DNA of 64,000 nt from assembly GCA_023920165.1 (NCBI GenBank), contig CP089277.1, positions 1,054,001-1,118,000 of the forward strand. The letters are read 5' to 3'. The position numbers and the translations under genes were made by a program. The notes under the pieces were generated by a model, which saw only the letters and a program-made list of their open reading frames with translations, searched no databases and was not told the origin of the DNA. The stretch comes from Curvularia clavata. Its lineage: Eukaryota. Positions 23,236-35,570 of this stretch are shown piece by piece. Position 1 is the first letter of the stretch. The number at the start of each line of letters is the position of its first letter.

Positions 23236-25116
23236 ATGAGACCTCAAGCTCTTTTGGCATGTGCCTCTGTGGCGCTTGCCCAGCAAGTCTACATCCCCAC
23301 TGAGGGACAAGCTTCGCGGACGCAATGTGCAGCAAACAATAGCTATGCAACTGCGCTTCCCTCGTACAGCTTTCGCGAGTTCAGCTTCACACAGTCCGAG
23401 ACAGTCCGTACAGCCACCTCAATTCCCGCGCCGACGACTACAACTACCTATGCACCGCCATATCAGTCTCTCAGCAGCCTAGTGCCCGATCTGACAACAA
23501 CACAATGGGGAAACTGGTATCCCGGAGCCAATGCCACAGCTACAGATACTGCAAGTCCGTACGGAAATGCTTCATGGTCTGCTCTCTGGGCCACCGTTCC
23601 CTGGGTAAATTTTACCCGGGGCATCTACTCTACCACTGTGTCGCCCACTCCAGTCCCTACCAGCGAGCTCATCCTACCTCCGCCAGAGCCCCTAGTTCCT
23701 CAGCAATGCTATTATTTTCCTGCTGACTTTATGCTCGGCGTTGCAGCATCGGCCGTTCAAATCGAAGGAGCTATTGCCGACGAGGGACGAACACCAGCCC
23801 ATAACGATGTGGCCAGCCTGAACAACCCAGGTCAGGCGCCAAACTGGATAGCAAACGAAAACTACTATCTTTACAAGCAAGACATCGAGCGCATCGCGGC
23901 CATGGGTGTAAAATACTACCGCTTCTCCATCCCATGGACACGCATCCTCCCGTTTATCCTTCCAGGCACACCAGTCAACCACCAGGGTTTGGCGCATTAC
24001 GACGAACTCATCAATTTTGTCCTAGAAAAGGGAATGCTCCCTGCTGTCATGATCTATCATAATGACAGCCCATTTCAGTTCTTTTCTAATATCAGCGATG
24101 TCTTCATCAAACCAAACACAGGCGGCATCGGCTATCTAGACAGTTGCTTCCAGTGCAGCTACAAGAACGTAACCTGGGAAGATGCTTTTGTGAACTACGG
24201 AAAGATACTCATGACTCATTTTGCAGACCGCGTTCCCATCTGGTGGACGTACAACGAGCCGCTCCTCGGTGCGAGGAATGGAAGGTCGGTTGACGCGGTC
24301 ATCAAGTCACACGCACGACTCTACCATTTCTACAAAGAGGAGATTGGCGGCAAAGGCAAGGTTTCCTTTACCCTGAGCGACAACTTTGGCGTCCCGCGCG
24401 ACCCAAAGAACCCTGCCGATGTGGACGCTGCCAACCACTTCAATGAATTCCAGCTGGCGACGTTTGCCAACCCCATTTTCCTTGGGAAGGATTACCCCGA
24501 AGCTTTCAAAATGAGCATAGACGACTACGTCCCGCTGACTCAGGAGGACCTCAAGTACATGAATGGCACCGCCGACTTCTTTTCCATCCAGCCTTACACC
24601 GCTACCGTTGTCAGCCCGCCGCCCAACGACACCATTGCTGACTGCGCCGCCAACATCACTCACCCCTTACGTCCTTACTGCGTCACGCAGAGCCAGACAA
24701 CCACAACAGGCTGGAACATTGGCTATCGCAGCCAGTCCTATGTCTACATTACACCCAACTACCTGCGCACATTCCTCGGCTACCTCTGGAACACTTGGCG
24801 CCACCCTGTCGCCATCACTGAATTCGGCTTCCCCGTCTTCGCTGAGTCAGAGAAGACCCAAGCAGACCAGGAATTCGACAGCCCCCGCAGCCAGTACTAC
24901 CAGACCTATCTCAACGAGGGACTCAAGGCTATGTGGGAAGATGGCGTCGAGTTCATTGGTGCGTTTGCGTGGTCCTGGGCAGATAACTGGGAGTTTGGTG
25001 ACTACAAGCAGCAGTTTGGCATTCAGACGGTTAACCGCACGACGCAGGTTAGGAGGTATAAGAAGAGCTTTTTTGACTTCGTGGATTTTGTACAGAGTAG
25101 GAGACAGAAGGCGTAG
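23236..25116 (+). CDS. Secreted GH1 beta-glucosidase-like protein with a Thr/Pro-rich N-terminal extension
   Basis: Signal peptide; FMLGVAASAVQIEGA, YRFSIPWTRI, TYNEP (acid/base), ITEFG (nucleophile), WSWADNWEF. Confidence 0.93.
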   Translation: MRPQALLACASVALAQQVYIPTEGQASRTQCAANNSYATALPSYSFREFSFTQSETVRTATSIPAPTTTTTYAPPYQSLSSLVPDLTTTQWGNWYPGANATATDTASPYGNASWSALWATVPWVNFTRGIYSTTVSPTPVPTSELILPPPEPLVPQQCYYFPADFMLGVAASAVQIEGAIADEGRTPAHNDVASLNNPGQAPNWIANENYYLYKQDIERIAAMGVKYYRFSIPWTRILPFILPGTPVNHQGLAHYDELINFVLEKGMLPAVMIYHNDSPFQFFSNISDVFIKPNTGGIGYLDSCFQCSYKNVTWEDAFVNYGKILMTHFADRVPIWWTYNEPLLGARNGRSVDAVIKSHARLYHFYKEEIGGKGKVSFTLSDNFGVPRDPKNPADVDAANHFNEFQLATFANPIFLGKDYPEAFKMSIDDYVPLTQEDLKYMNGTADFFSIQPYTATVVSPPPNDTIADCAANITHPLRPYCVTQSQTTTTGWNIGYRSQSYVYITPNYLRTFLGYLWNTWRHPVAITEFGFPVFAESEKTQADQEFDSPRSQYYQTYLNEGLKAMWEDGVEFIGAFAWSWADNWEFGDYKQQFGIQTVNRTTQVRRYKKSFFDFVDFVQSRRQKA

Positions 25117-25567
25117 GTGGGAGGGCTGGAGGAAATTAGTTGGGAGTCTGTAGTTGGCTCGATAATGTAAAATTCAGTTGAACAGGTTATCCAACAAGCG
25201 TAGAGCGCGTGATGCGATGTCTGCTGTAAAGATGCAGTTTGCCAAGGAACTCCCGCTAGAAGCGTCAAACGCTAAAGAATTGCACCAGACGAATTTGCAT
25301 CGCTCTGGAAGGGTATATTTGTAGCAGTCCTGCTAGAGGGTGTCAAGGTGTAGCATGTGATTAGTGGCTTAAAATATCACACATGATGTGAATACTCAAT
25401 GAACAGCACCTCTCGAGACTACCCACCAAGCAGACCGCGAGAACACAAGCACATAGCAGCGCTTAGCTGACCCAAAGATCACCGTGGTACCAAAACAAAC
25501 CCCTTCTAAAAAACATAAACAAGATACACGCACGAACTCACACCGAAACCACGATCTCCACTCCCAA

Positions 25568-26725
25568 TCAAAGCCTACTCACAAAGCCGTCCTTCCCGAC
25601 CTTAACCAAATACTCTTTCCCGATATCCTCCACTCTTACTACCCCCGCCAGCCCCATACAAAGCCTAAACTCATCCCTTAGCAACCTCAACGCCAACTCC
25701 ACCCCTTCCTGCCCCTTGTACGCGAGTCCCCACAACACCGGTCTCCCCACCCACACGAAATCCGCTCCCAACGCCAGCGCCTTGAAAACATCCGTCCCGT
25801 GCCTCACGCCCCCATCCACATGCACCGGAATCTTCTTACTGGACTGCGACGAGCGCACAGCAGCTACGACCTCTGGCAGCGCATCGAGGGTAGCCAGCGC
25901 GCCGTTGAGTTGACGGCCCCCATGGTTGGATACAAGGATGCCGTCAACAGAGTGGTGGCATGCGAGAAGGGCATCTTCGGCGGTCGCGATGCCTTTGACC
26001 CAGACCTGCATCTCGGGGTGGCATTGGGATTGTAACCAGGCGATGTCGCGGTCCCAAGTCAATGTGGGGTTCGGGGCGTGCGTGTGAAATGTTATGCGTG
26101 GTTCTTTCTCTTCCTTCTCTTCGGCGCCAGTGGCATCGTCCTGGTGGAAGTTTGCGGCCTTGAGGTGCCGCGGGAGCTTGAACTGGTTTCTTATTTCCAA
26201 GTTGCGGCGGCCGAGGAGGGGCGTGTCGACGGTTAACATGACGGCTTTGTATCCGGCTTTCTTCGCGCGCTGGATTAGTGCCTGGCTCTTTTCGCGGTCT
26301 TCGAAGAGGTAGAGTTGTAGGACGGCTGGATGGTCGCCTAGTGCGTCTCTGATGTCTTCGAGGCTTGTGGTGCTGAAGCTGCTGAGACCCATGACGATAC
26401 CCATGTTTTTGCATGCGCGGGCCGTGGCGAGTTCGCCGTCGTCGTGGGCGAGGCATTGCATGGCGGTTGGGGCGACGCCTAGGGGAATCGTGTTCCTGTG
26501 TCCAAACACCTTGACGCTGGTGTCGATGGAGGAGATGTCCCGGAGAACTCGTGGCCGGATACGGTATTTTTGGTAGGCGGTAATGTTTTCTAGGAGCGTG
26601 GATCCATTGTCTGCGCCTTCGTTGTAGTAGTCGCGTGTTTGCTTGTCCATGCGCTCTGCAGCAAGCTTCTCGAGCTCGTCTATAGTGAGACAGTTGAGAT
26701 CATGCTCCGTTTTGTTACCCGGCAT
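25568..26725 (-). CDS. FMN-dependent alpha-hydroxy acid oxidase (glycolate/L-2-hydroxyacid oxidase family), likely peroxisomal
   Basis: RIRPRVLRD, APTAMQ, TVDTPLLGRR, VSNHGGRQL, VDGGVRHGTDVFKALALGA; C-terminal SRL fits PTS1. Confidence 0.93.
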   Translation of the reverse strand: MPGNKTEHDLNCLTIDELEKLAAERMDKQTRDYYNEGADNGSTLLENITAYQKYRIRPRVLRDISSIDTSVKVFGHRNTIPLGVAPTAMQCLAHDDGELATARACKNMGIVMGLSSFSTTSLEDIRDALGDHPAVLQLYLFEDREKSQALIQRAKKAGYKAVMLTVDTPLLGRRNLEIRNQFKLPRHLKAANFHQDDATGAEEKEEKEPRITFHTHAPNPTLTWDRDIAWLQSQCHPEMQVWVKGIATAEDALLACHHSVDGILVSNHGGRQLNGALATLDALPEVVAAVRSSQSSKKIPVHVDGGVRHGTDVFKALALGADFVWVGRPVLWGLAYKGQEGVELALRLLRDEFRLCMGLAGVVRVEDIGKEYLVKVGKDGFVSRL

Positions 26726-28422
26726 GATGATGAAGGTTACAATAGACTTGACTTGGTAGAAGAAACAGGCAATGTCGAACTTTGATAGGAACGCGAAGAG
26801 ATACTGAAAGAAACGACCGATGCGCCATGTCTTCAACTCCTATCGGCTGTTTGTCCTAACATCGGTTATGCAGTGCGGGATGACGATATACATCTAGCGG
26901 TGCCGATCATTCCCCTTCGTGCGGTGTGGAGTACCGAGGGCAGCGGTAGCATAATCAAGACGTTATTGGCAGATTAAGCTCATGGCGTATTGCTAAGCTT
27001 CTTACGGGATGACTATATCAGTAGGCGTAGTCGAGGATTGGATTTGGAAAGAGTTATACCACCTTATACTTAGCGCTATGGGAAGACTTGGCATTTTCTG
27101 TACTATATATTTACTAGGTTAAATATGTCCTGATTAACGCTGCCATAAAGGAACTGCGTCATAAATATAGTCACTGGTGGCTTTGAGGTATAATCGAACG
27201 ACTCCCTTAGCCATACGGTCTTCCCGATAAATCATGAATACGAAAAGCTACAAGCGTTGACACTGGGGTCCGTCAGGGAGGTTCCTCTGAGAACGTCCCA
27301 ACTGCTGTGAAGCTTTTTATAGTTGGATGGGCCTCAGTGAGTGTGCGTTCAGTTCATCTAGGTGTAATCAGATTTCAAAACAAAGACACGCCGATTTGAT
27401 CTGCTGCCTTTCAATTCTCGTACCTTATCACCCCTCATATGCAATGCATACAGCCAGTTATCTCCTAGATCAGCGAAGAATATGTCTTCAGTTCATGATA
27501 TCAGTTCAACAGGTTGAGAAAACATGGTTACGATCGGTTCACCAAATGCAAAAGTGCCCACATGAAGCTAACGCGCCCATACTTTGCTTTTCTACGTCGA
27601 TGACAAATCTCCACCCCATGTCGCGGTGAGAACATTTCCTCGCAAAAGCAAGACCTGCAATTGTAAGCATCTGAGTGGATACAATGTTGTACATGCTTCA
27701 TAATCAGCTTATGACAAATTCGGAAAAGCATTCGAGAGGTGAGCAGTTTCTGTGCGTCAGAAAAGTTTCTTTCGGTCCTGAAGAGAAGTATCGAGCGGCG
27801 ACCTAACAAGGCATCATCAAACCGCTCAATCGATACCTGTCACTATAATAGCGATTGATTTTGACCTTGAAAACATAAGTGCTCGCATTTACGTTGTCGC
27901 ATGCCTCCCCAGGCTTCAGGCACACCACAAGGACCAAACCGCACGGCGTTGAGCCACGATTTCTAAGCATCTCAATAAATGCAAGTTTCTACCCTGGTGC
28001 ACGGCCATAAAAGGCTGCAGCCTGGCGTCTATAGTGATACTGCATTACAGGTACGACCCTAATCGACCCACGCCGATCAGCCGTATATATCGATTTACCT
28101 GTCCGCGGCTGATCGGGGTGGGGTGTGATTGGCTGAGCGAACCCCTCTGTCTACATGATCAGGCCCACACGTGTTGTGATCGACCAACCACCAGTAAAAC
28201 CATCTTGTTTCTTCGTCCCGAATCGAGTTAGATGGTGGAGTTAGCATAATGCTACGTGTTATCAGTGTTAGTCGGTGAGTTGAGCTGGATGGGAGAAGGG
28301 ACATAAATACTCATTCGCCGACCGCATCCGAAAGACACAGCAAGCAACAGTAGCCAACTACCATTCCTTCACTCTTCAATCAGCCTCAACCTTAACAACA
28401 GACTCCCTCAAAAAACTTCAAA

Positions 28423-29038
28423 ATGGCCGCATTGAACTACTACGCCGTTGCCATCGCCCCTGGAATCGCAGCCCTGAAAAATGCCCATGCCTTCATCACA
28501 AAAGGCCACAAATATGCCCTCAGCAACAACATCGACCCAGAGACCTTCGTCACCGCCTCCATCCACCCAGACATGAAGGACTTCCGCTTTCAAGTCTACA
28601 TCTTCACCGACGCTATCAAGGGCATTCCCTCGCGCCTGAACCCTGCTCTTGAACCCATGACCCTACCCGACGACCAAAAGACCTTCGAGGAGCTGCTGGC
28701 GCGCATTGAAAAGACGATCAAGTACCTCGAGAGCTTTAAGGAGTCGGACTTTGACGGAAAAGTGCAAGAGGAGATTGTGATCAAGTTGCCCAGCAGGCAG
28801 GTCAGGTTTTCGGCACTGGACTACGTGTCCAAGTGGGCGCATCCTAATATGTGGTAAGTGATTAGAAACCCGAAACCCACGGAGGAATTCTGAAGAAGAT
28901 GATGGTTTTGCTAATTCACAATCAAGGTTCCACATCATGACTGCCTACAACATTCTCCGCATGAAGGGTGTAGACGTTGGCAAATTTGACTTTTTGAACG
29001 GCGCCGGCATGCTGAACGTTGAAACTGTGGAACAGTAA
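28423..29038 (+). CDS. DUF1993 family (DinB/YfiT-like) protein; intron ~28854-28926
   Basis: ASIHPDMKDFRFQV, EELLARIEKTIKYL, spliced PNMWFHIMTAYNILRMKGVDVGKFDFL. Confidence 0.88.
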
Positions 29039-29188
29039 AAAAAAAGTTTGCATTGAATGAACGAGAGTTTTGGGATACGGATCTAAAAAAAAAAGAGCGT
29101 GACTAGCAATGAATGCTACATGATGCATAAAAGAGAGCAAAACATAACAAAATGAATGAAACTCGCTGAGACATGACTCCATCCTTCC

Positions 29189-30493
29189 TCAATACATGGG
29201 CTTCGTGACGGCGGCAGCAACAAGCGCATCCATGGCACTGCTGTGTGTGCTAGCATTCTCAGGCTTGACATAAGGCCCGGCCCAGTTGACACTGAAAAAT
29301 GGAGAGTTTCCTCTGGTTACCCTATCATTATTCCAGATGGAATCGCCATTCACACGGATAGCCTTGGCGAACGTCGCATTTGGCGCTGCTTGATGCAGGC
29401 GGTAGAGGTTCCGAATGAAGATACCCTTGAACTGAGCGCCATCAGCACCGCAGTTTGGCTCGCAGACATCGTGTATGACGCCGTTGTGGTCTGAGAGTTT
29501 CTTAAGGGCAGCCAGCGCGATGTCGTGTGCAGTCTTGAGATAGTCGTACTTTGGGTAGGTGTCGACGCGGTGAAGTTCAACCAGACCACCAAGAATGACG
29601 CCTTGGTTGTATGACCAAGTTGTCTTTCCATTGTTTTGGCACTTCTCGGTAAGGCCATCGTTGATGGTGCCCTCGCTGTTGATCATTCCGCTCGCGAAAA
29701 ACCAATCCAAGCTCTTCTTTGCCCAGTCAAGGTAGGTCTTTTTCCTCGACTGAATGCGGTTGGCTAGGTGGGCTGCGGTGCTGAAGAAGAGCTCATTGGC
29801 AATGGCGTTGACGTAGTTCTTCTCCCAGCTCCAGTAGATGCCGCCATTCCAGCAGTAAGTACCCCAAGTCTTTGATACGGCGAGGAATATGCCTTCAGCA
29901 AGGTCGAGGTACTGTTGATGGTGGGTAACATCGTAAGCATTGATCCAGGCCAGGGCCCACCAAAGATCGTCGTCGTAGTAGCCGTCAAGCCATGCATGCG
30001 GGTCTGGCTTCGCAGGATAATATGGAGCACTGGATTTGGATACGCGCCTGTTCGAGTCTCTCCAATTAGCTGGGAATCTGCTATGTGGCTCGAAGGTAAC
30101 TGGATCACGGTCTTTGAAGTATCCGGTCTGGAACTCGGCAAGACCATTGTTCGGACCGTATGGTGTTGCATCTTCAATACCCGGCTGAGGATTTTTCATC
30201 GGTGCACGAGCAAGTGCATTTGAGAAGGCTTGCGTGGTCACCGTCTGCACTTCAGCGTCCGCGGGAAACGCTTTGGCGTAGTCACCCAACATGGTGACGA
30301 TGTTGGCTCCATTCCACCACCCTGTGGTTTCCCACAGTCCCGTAGTCTTGTTGTACCATGTCTGAAGAGCTGGTACAGCGAGCTTGGCACGAGATGCTGG
30401 GTCTGGGGTGACATAAGTCGCGCCGCTGCTTTGCGCGTTAGAAATGAGGGGAAAAGCAAATAGCGTATAGCAAAGAGAGCGAGTGGACAACAT
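29189..30493 (-). CDS. Secreted GH76 alpha-1,6-mannanase-like protein
   Basis: Signal peptide; LQTWYN..GLW..GWWNGAN, YYDDDLWWALAW, GGIYW..YVNAIANELF, TWSYNQGV, QFKGIFIRNL. Confidence 0.93.
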   Translation of the reverse strand: MLSTRSLCYTLFAFPLISNAQSSGATYVTPDPASRAKLAVPALQTWYNKTTGLWETTGWWNGANIVTMLGDYAKAFPADAEVQTVTTQAFSNALARAPMKNPQPGIEDATPYGPNNGLAEFQTGYFKDRDPVTFEPHSRFPANWRDSNRRVSKSSAPYYPAKPDPHAWLDGYYDDDLWWALAWINAYDVTHHQQYLDLAEGIFLAVSKTWGTYCWNGGIYWSWEKNYVNAIANELFFSTAAHLANRIQSRKKTYLDWAKKSLDWFFASGMINSEGTINDGLTEKCQNNGKTTWSYNQGVILGGLVELHRVDTYPKYDYLKTAHDIALAALKKLSDHNGVIHDVCEPNCGADGAQFKGIFIRNLYRLHQAAPNATFAKAIRVNGDSIWNNDRVTRGNSPFFSVNWAGPYVKPENASTHSSAMDALVAAAVTKPMY

Positions 30494-31484
30494 AGTGAAG
30501 GAGTGTTAAAGAGAGTGATAAAGAATGAATAGTGGTGAAGATAGCTCACAAAGCGGATTTGGCATCGTATTAATACTCTAATATTTTTTGCCTCAGGAAA
30601 GAGCATGAAGTTTGTGAAATCAGAACGAAGTACAATAACGGAGTTCGTTGTTCGAGGTCGTGACGGTGAAAAGAAATTCATAGCTGTGCTAACCCTTTTT
30701 TTTGAAGCAAAAAGAATTGGCGCTTCATCGATATAACAAATATGCTTCGTGATGTATGGAAAAACATTAAGATGGATCAAGTCTTACCCCTGCACTATGC
30801 CTACAGGCACCTGGGCGCCGAGCCCGTGGTTATCCGGCTGTGAAAAAGATGTTTCCAAGAAGGCTTCCGTATCACTGGGCGATGGTCCACTGTCATGCGA
30901 GATCTTTAGATGCGCAGAAGCAGTGAAAAAAAGGAGAGAGATGGCGAAAATCAATACGCACATGGTGGTTACTTTGTGCTAAAGTTGTGAGAATACATGG
31001 CCATTCATGGCCTTTAAGCGATGCTTTCAAGTCAGCTAAGAGGCCGCACCTTTACTACGCCTTCCAGCAGATGATAGATGCAGCATCAAGGCACATGTTC
31101 AGATGTGGCACGAGGTCTTGGAAGAATCCCGAGCTTACTCCTTTGTCAGACCCCGCTTACCGCCTTTGTCGATCATCCTCGGGCCAGTCAACTAGTGCGA
31201 CACTGACCCACACCATAAATGCGTCTTTTTGCTTCAAAAATTGGCCAGCACTGAAGGTCTAATTCCAAAGGAATGATGTTCGTGTATGCAGACTCCGTCA
31301 ATGTCGTGTCAACACTTGGAGGCCTTGGCTATGATTTCCTTCGCCCCAAAGGTTATGATGCTCTGGCACGAGGACATGTTTGCATGAACGTTTGGGCTCC
31401 CAGGTCGTGGAATGCAACGCTCTGCTGCTACCTCGATAATCGTCATGAGCATTCTCGTCTTCTGATCCTGATGTGACTAGAATA

Positions 31485-33335
31485 TCAAGCAATCAGAATC
31501 TCGTGGCCAAAGTCTTTGACTTCCTCAACCCAGCAGTTGTCTGCACCAGGCCCGGCTTCATCTTTGAACTTCCAAATCGCCTCTAGCACGCGCTTCGATG
31601 TGCGCAGGTAACCCCAGAACATGATACGATAGAGTTCATCGAGAGTGTTCATGATCCACTCGCGCTGGGCAGGATCCTCTGATTCTGCACCGGCCAGGAA
31701 AAGTGGCCAACAGATCGACTTGAACAGCGCATCCCCCGGTTTTAAATGTGAAATGTGATGAACAACATCATCAGCTAGAGCGGTAAGACTGACAATGGCG
31801 GTACCACTTGCTGGATCGAGTAGCGGGTTTGTAGAGGGTAGGACGCGTGCAAGATATATGCAGACCGCCGACCGGTGTGCAGAGGCGATGCGGATGCGTT
31901 GCTGAATGTCTTCGAAAGGTGACGCGCGCTCAAATTCACATGACCATGCAACTGGATCAAAGTCCAGCGCGCACCGAAGCAAGGCGCCAACCTGCTCCTC
32001 AACGTAAACTGGAGTGCTGACTTCGGAAGAAGGCGCATGAGTGTCTGGCAGTGCAAAAGACTGCAGCATGATACGGAGCAGCGGTCCAGGGCAAGAGAGG
32101 TAGTTGTTTGTCTCAGCGTAACGTAGGATAGGGTCGAGTTCAATCGTTTCTGGAATAAGAGCTGGAAGTGTTGTAAAACTAAATGTCGAACCGAGAATGT
32201 GAAATACCAGAAGGTCTGAAAGTATAGTCTGGCGAAGTCTGCTCATGGGATGCTGATAATATGGAGGTTCGCCGAGGAGTTTGATAAGTTTGAAGGCGCC
32301 GTCCATATGAACCTTCCATTTATCTCGACCAGATTCTACCAGCGCGTAATTAACAAACAACAGGATGGTCATCAATATAAGATCAATGTTAGATGCGTTT
32401 ACCGAGGTCACGCTCTTGGCTAGTAACGAGAGCGCTTGTTGTTTTGCGACAAGAGCGTCTCGGTATGATGACTTCAACGGTCCTCCAAAGCGACTCACGG
32501 CTTGATAGTAGGCCATGACTGTTGGACTCTGACCACCTTGGTAGGCCGATTGATCCATGGGATTGCGAGTGATGTTAAAGACGTGGAAAGCCGAATTGGC
32601 GAGGATGATCTGCAAAAGCAGTGGGTAGTCAGACGTTGCCGGTATGAGATCGCGGATGGGATTCTGACCCGGCACATCGTACACAACCATGACTTCGCAT
32701 AGCTGCGTTGCGAAATGGTAGAGATAATATCGTGAGTTGCGGTCGAGGTCATTGACCAGGGGGTCTGTCAGTGCCCGGTGAACATCCGAAACCATGTCCT
32801 GTTCCTGCCCGGACATTCGGTATACAGCTAGTTCCGAGTTTCCAGTTACGGCTTCATGACTAGATTCTGGTTGTTGCTGCTGCTGCTGTTCCTGAAAAGG
32901 ACCCTGACTGTCCCATACTAGGGCCGGTATGCGCTGAGTCTTGGCTGCCCCTTCAGTTGCTCCCACATCTACAGCGCGATACTCCTCCATCTTCTCTTCA
33001 TACCCCTTCCCCATCATCTTTCCGCGACTAGCGACCCCGCGATTCCAGACAAACAGCTTGCCGTACCCCAGACATTCTGTACCGGCTGACAGGCATTTCT
33101 GGCAGCTTGGTAGAGATCGATCGCATCTCCATCGTCGCTTGCGGCAGTTATGGCAAGCTTTGGTCGGTAAATTCAAGTGCGTCGTGCTCATTGGATGGAA
33201 GCCATGCAAGAAGTGCTGGTGATTGACTGAATTGAGATGCGCTGCGTACAGCGTGGGGTCGACTTGTTCTACTCGTGGTGGTTGAGGGGGGATGGAGCGG
33301 CGATGCATTGGCGCTAGCCTCCTTGGGCCTAGCAT
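31485..33335 (-). CDS. Zn(II)2Cys6 transcription factor with fungal-specific TF domain (acr-2-like); start may be 33191
   Basis: CHNCRKRRWRCDRSLPSCQKCLSAGTECLGY..WNRGVASRGKM; C-terminal ICWPLFLAGAE. Confidence 0.92.
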   Translation of the reverse strand: MLGPRRLAPMHRRSIPPQPPRVEQVDPTLYAAHLNSVNHQHFLHGFHPMSTTHLNLPTKACHNCRKRRWRCDRSLPSCQKCLSAGTECLGYGKLFVWNRGVASRGKMMGKGYEEKMEEYRAVDVGATEGAAKTQRIPALVWDSQGPFQEQQQQQQPESSHEAVTGNSELAVYRMSGQEQDMVSDVHRALTDPLVNDLDRNSRYYLYHFATQLCEVMVVYDVPGQNPIRDLIPATSDYPLLLQIILANSAFHVFNITRNPMDQSAYQGGQSPTVMAYYQAVSRFGGPLKSSYRDALVAKQQALSLLAKSVTSVNASNIDLILMTILLFVNYALVESGRDKWKVHMDGAFKLIKLLGEPPYYQHPMSRLRQTILSDLLVFHILGSTFSFTTLPALIPETIELDPILRYAETNNYLSCPGPLLRIMLQSFALPDTHAPSSEVSTPVYVEEQVGALLRCALDFDPVAWSCEFERASPFEDIQQRIRIASAHRSAVCIYLARVLPSTNPLLDPASGTAIVSLTALADDVVHHISHLKPGDALFKSICWPLFLAGAESEDPAQREWIMNTLDELYRIMFWGYLRTSKRVLEAIWKFKDEAGPGADNCWVEEVKDFGHEILIA

Positions 33336-33756
33336 CGGCGCAGCTTTTCGTCACATTGTTCGCGACAACGAGACCCAGAGCACAGCAGACCAATGGCGGA
33401 ACATTCACTGCTGACACATCCCCAGGCGGCTCAACGCCACACTAAACCCCAAGCAGCAGCCAAGAAACACATGCTGCAGAAAAAGGTCCACTTCGTGACA
33501 TCTTCATCCATCGTCAGAGTTGCCACCGTCATTCTGCTCTATACTGGAAAGCACATGAAAAGATGCTTTTGTATTTCACATTACCACATAGTCCGCCGCG
33601 CCGCGGTGTTTGCGGAGTCCGGCCGGATTTTGTAGAAAAGGATGACTGGAGTGATATAATTGTTTTCCATTCAATTCAAAGAATCTTCTGTGATACGCTT
33701 TTTAAAGGGCAGCCCTCTCATCACGACGCGTATCTTGCACTGCACATACTACTAGA

Positions 33757-35418
33757 ATGACTGTTCCAATACAACCAACAAGCCAGCCTGTCACGACTCA
33801 TGGCAACTTTGCCCCAGCATCCCCAGACCCAAGTGGCTTGATACCGTCATCGGATCTAGCCGCCACACCAGAAAAGGCTGAAGAAGCCATCGTTCCGAAC
33901 CGTCGAACCTCATACACCCCTTCCGATATCGAAAACCTCGGCCGCGAGCGCCCTCCATCATTCCGCTCTCTTCTCCATGAAATCGGCTTCTGCTATGCCC
34001 TGCTGGGCTCCATGTTCATATCTGAATACATGGTCTCCGGCTTCGCCATTCTCTTACCCAGCCTCTCGACAGCGCTCGACATCCCCTCCAAGGCGCAAAC
34101 ATGGCCAGCCTCCGTCTTTTCCCTCGTCGTCGGGGCTTTCCTCCTGCCAGTTGGCAGACTGGCCGACATGTTCGGAGGCTATCTAGTCTTCAACGTCGGT
34201 ATCGTCTGGTTTCTCATCTGGACCATCATAGGCGGCTTTTCTCAGAACTATACCATGCTGATCATGTGTCGGGCACTACAGGGATTTGGGCCTGCTGCAT
34301 TCCTCCCTTCGGGCATTATGCTGCTCGGTTCCATATATCGCCCTGGGCCGAGGAAAAACCTCATCTTTAGCTTGTATGGAGCATTCGCACCCTTTGGTTT
34401 CTTCGCCGGTATCTTCTTCGCCGGTGTCTCTACACAATATATAACTTGGGGCTGGTTCTTCTGGATTAGCGCTATTATTCTGGCTACTGTGGCTGTTCCT
34501 TCGTATCTCTGTATACCCAATCAAAGAAAGGATGCCAATAGACAAGCCAGTGGCGTTAAGATGGACTGGTGGGGCGCCATGACAGTAATCCCAGGATTGG
34601 TCCTGGTAGTCTTCGCACTCACAGACGGAAGCCATGCGCCACAGGGCTGGGCAACGCCCTATATTCCTGTGACTTTCGTCATAGGTTGGCTCTTCCTCGG
34701 TGCCTTCTTTTACATCGAAACCAAAGTAGCTGAGCAGCCGCTCCTCCCTGGCGATTTATTTCACGTCAAAGGCATGAAACCCCTCGCCTTGGCTCTCTTT
34801 TTGCAGTACGGTAACTTTGGCATCTTCATCTTCTATGCTAGTTTCTACATTGAAGAAGTTGCTGGAGTAAGCACAATTCTTACTGCGGTGTGGTTCACAC
34901 CAATGTGTGTCGGCGGCTTGATCTTGGCTACCGTTGGCGGAATGGTCCTGCATCTCTTGCCTGGCCGCATCTTACTTCTCATCAGTGGAGTGGCATATAT
35001 ACTCTCTACTCTTCTCTTCGCTATCGTCCCAGTCGAATTCAACTACTGGGCGTACATCTTCCCCGCCATGATCTGCGCGACACTTGGTGTCGACATCACC
35101 TACAACGTTAGCAACATCTTCATCACGACCTCATTACCAAAGGCACGTCAGGGTCTTGCAGGGTCTTTTATTAATTCGCTTCTCTTCTTAGGCGTTACGG
35201 TATACTTATCCCTTGCTGATTTAGCTGTAAGTGAGACAGAGGACAAAGGCAAAAGAGAGAGTTACAAGATTGCCTTCTGGCTTGCGACAGGACTCGCAGC
35301 GGCGGGGCTTGTCATCATGTTCCTTGGCGTTAGAATTGGTAAAGCGAAGAGCGAGCTGACGATTGAGGAGAAAGAAGAGTTGGAGAATGAATTGGTTAGA
35401 AGGCAGACCAACCAGTAG
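33757..35418 (+). CDS. MFS drug:H+ antiporter, DHA2/ATR1-like (about 14 TMS), intronless
   Basis: GAFLLPVGRLADMFG, CRALQGFGPAAFLP, GSIYRPGPRKN, MDWWGA. Confidence 0.92.
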   Translation: MTVPIQPTSQPVTTHGNFAPASPDPSGLIPSSDLAATPEKAEEAIVPNRRTSYTPSDIENLGRERPPSFRSLLHEIGFCYALLGSMFISEYMVSGFAILLPSLSTALDIPSKAQTWPASVFSLVVGAFLLPVGRLADMFGGYLVFNVGIVWFLIWTIIGGFSQNYTMLIMCRALQGFGPAAFLPSGIMLLGSIYRPGPRKNLIFSLYGAFAPFGFFAGIFFAGVSTQYITWGWFFWISAIILATVAVPSYLCIPNQRKDANRQASGVKMDWWGAMTVIPGLVLVVFALTDGSHAPQGWATPYIPVTFVIGWLFLGAFFYIETKVAEQPLLPGDLFHVKGMKPLALALFLQYGNFGIFIFYASFYIEEVAGVSTILTAVWFTPMCVGGLILATVGGMVLHLLPGRILLLISGVAYILSTLLFAIVPVEFNYWAYIFPAMICATLGVDITYNVSNIFITTSLPKARQGLAGSFINSLLFLGVTVYLSLADLAVSETEDKGKRESYKIAFWLATGLAAAGLVIMFLGVRIGKAKSELTIEEKEELENELVRRQTNQ

Positions 35419-35570
35419 TCTGTTTAGTTTTTTTATTTAGAGTAAACAAGGATCCTATTCCCATAACAATAAATTTTGCCATGGTATGCAATCCCATCGT
35501 TCTTGGCGGTGCATTGTCTCGGCTTCTTTTGCCCTATCCCGTATCATTCTCAAGGTGACAGCTGGTGCTA

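Noticed and set aside
27327..27809. Short ORFs between the hydroxyacid oxidase and DUF1993 genes
   Set aside because: No motifs or coding-like composition
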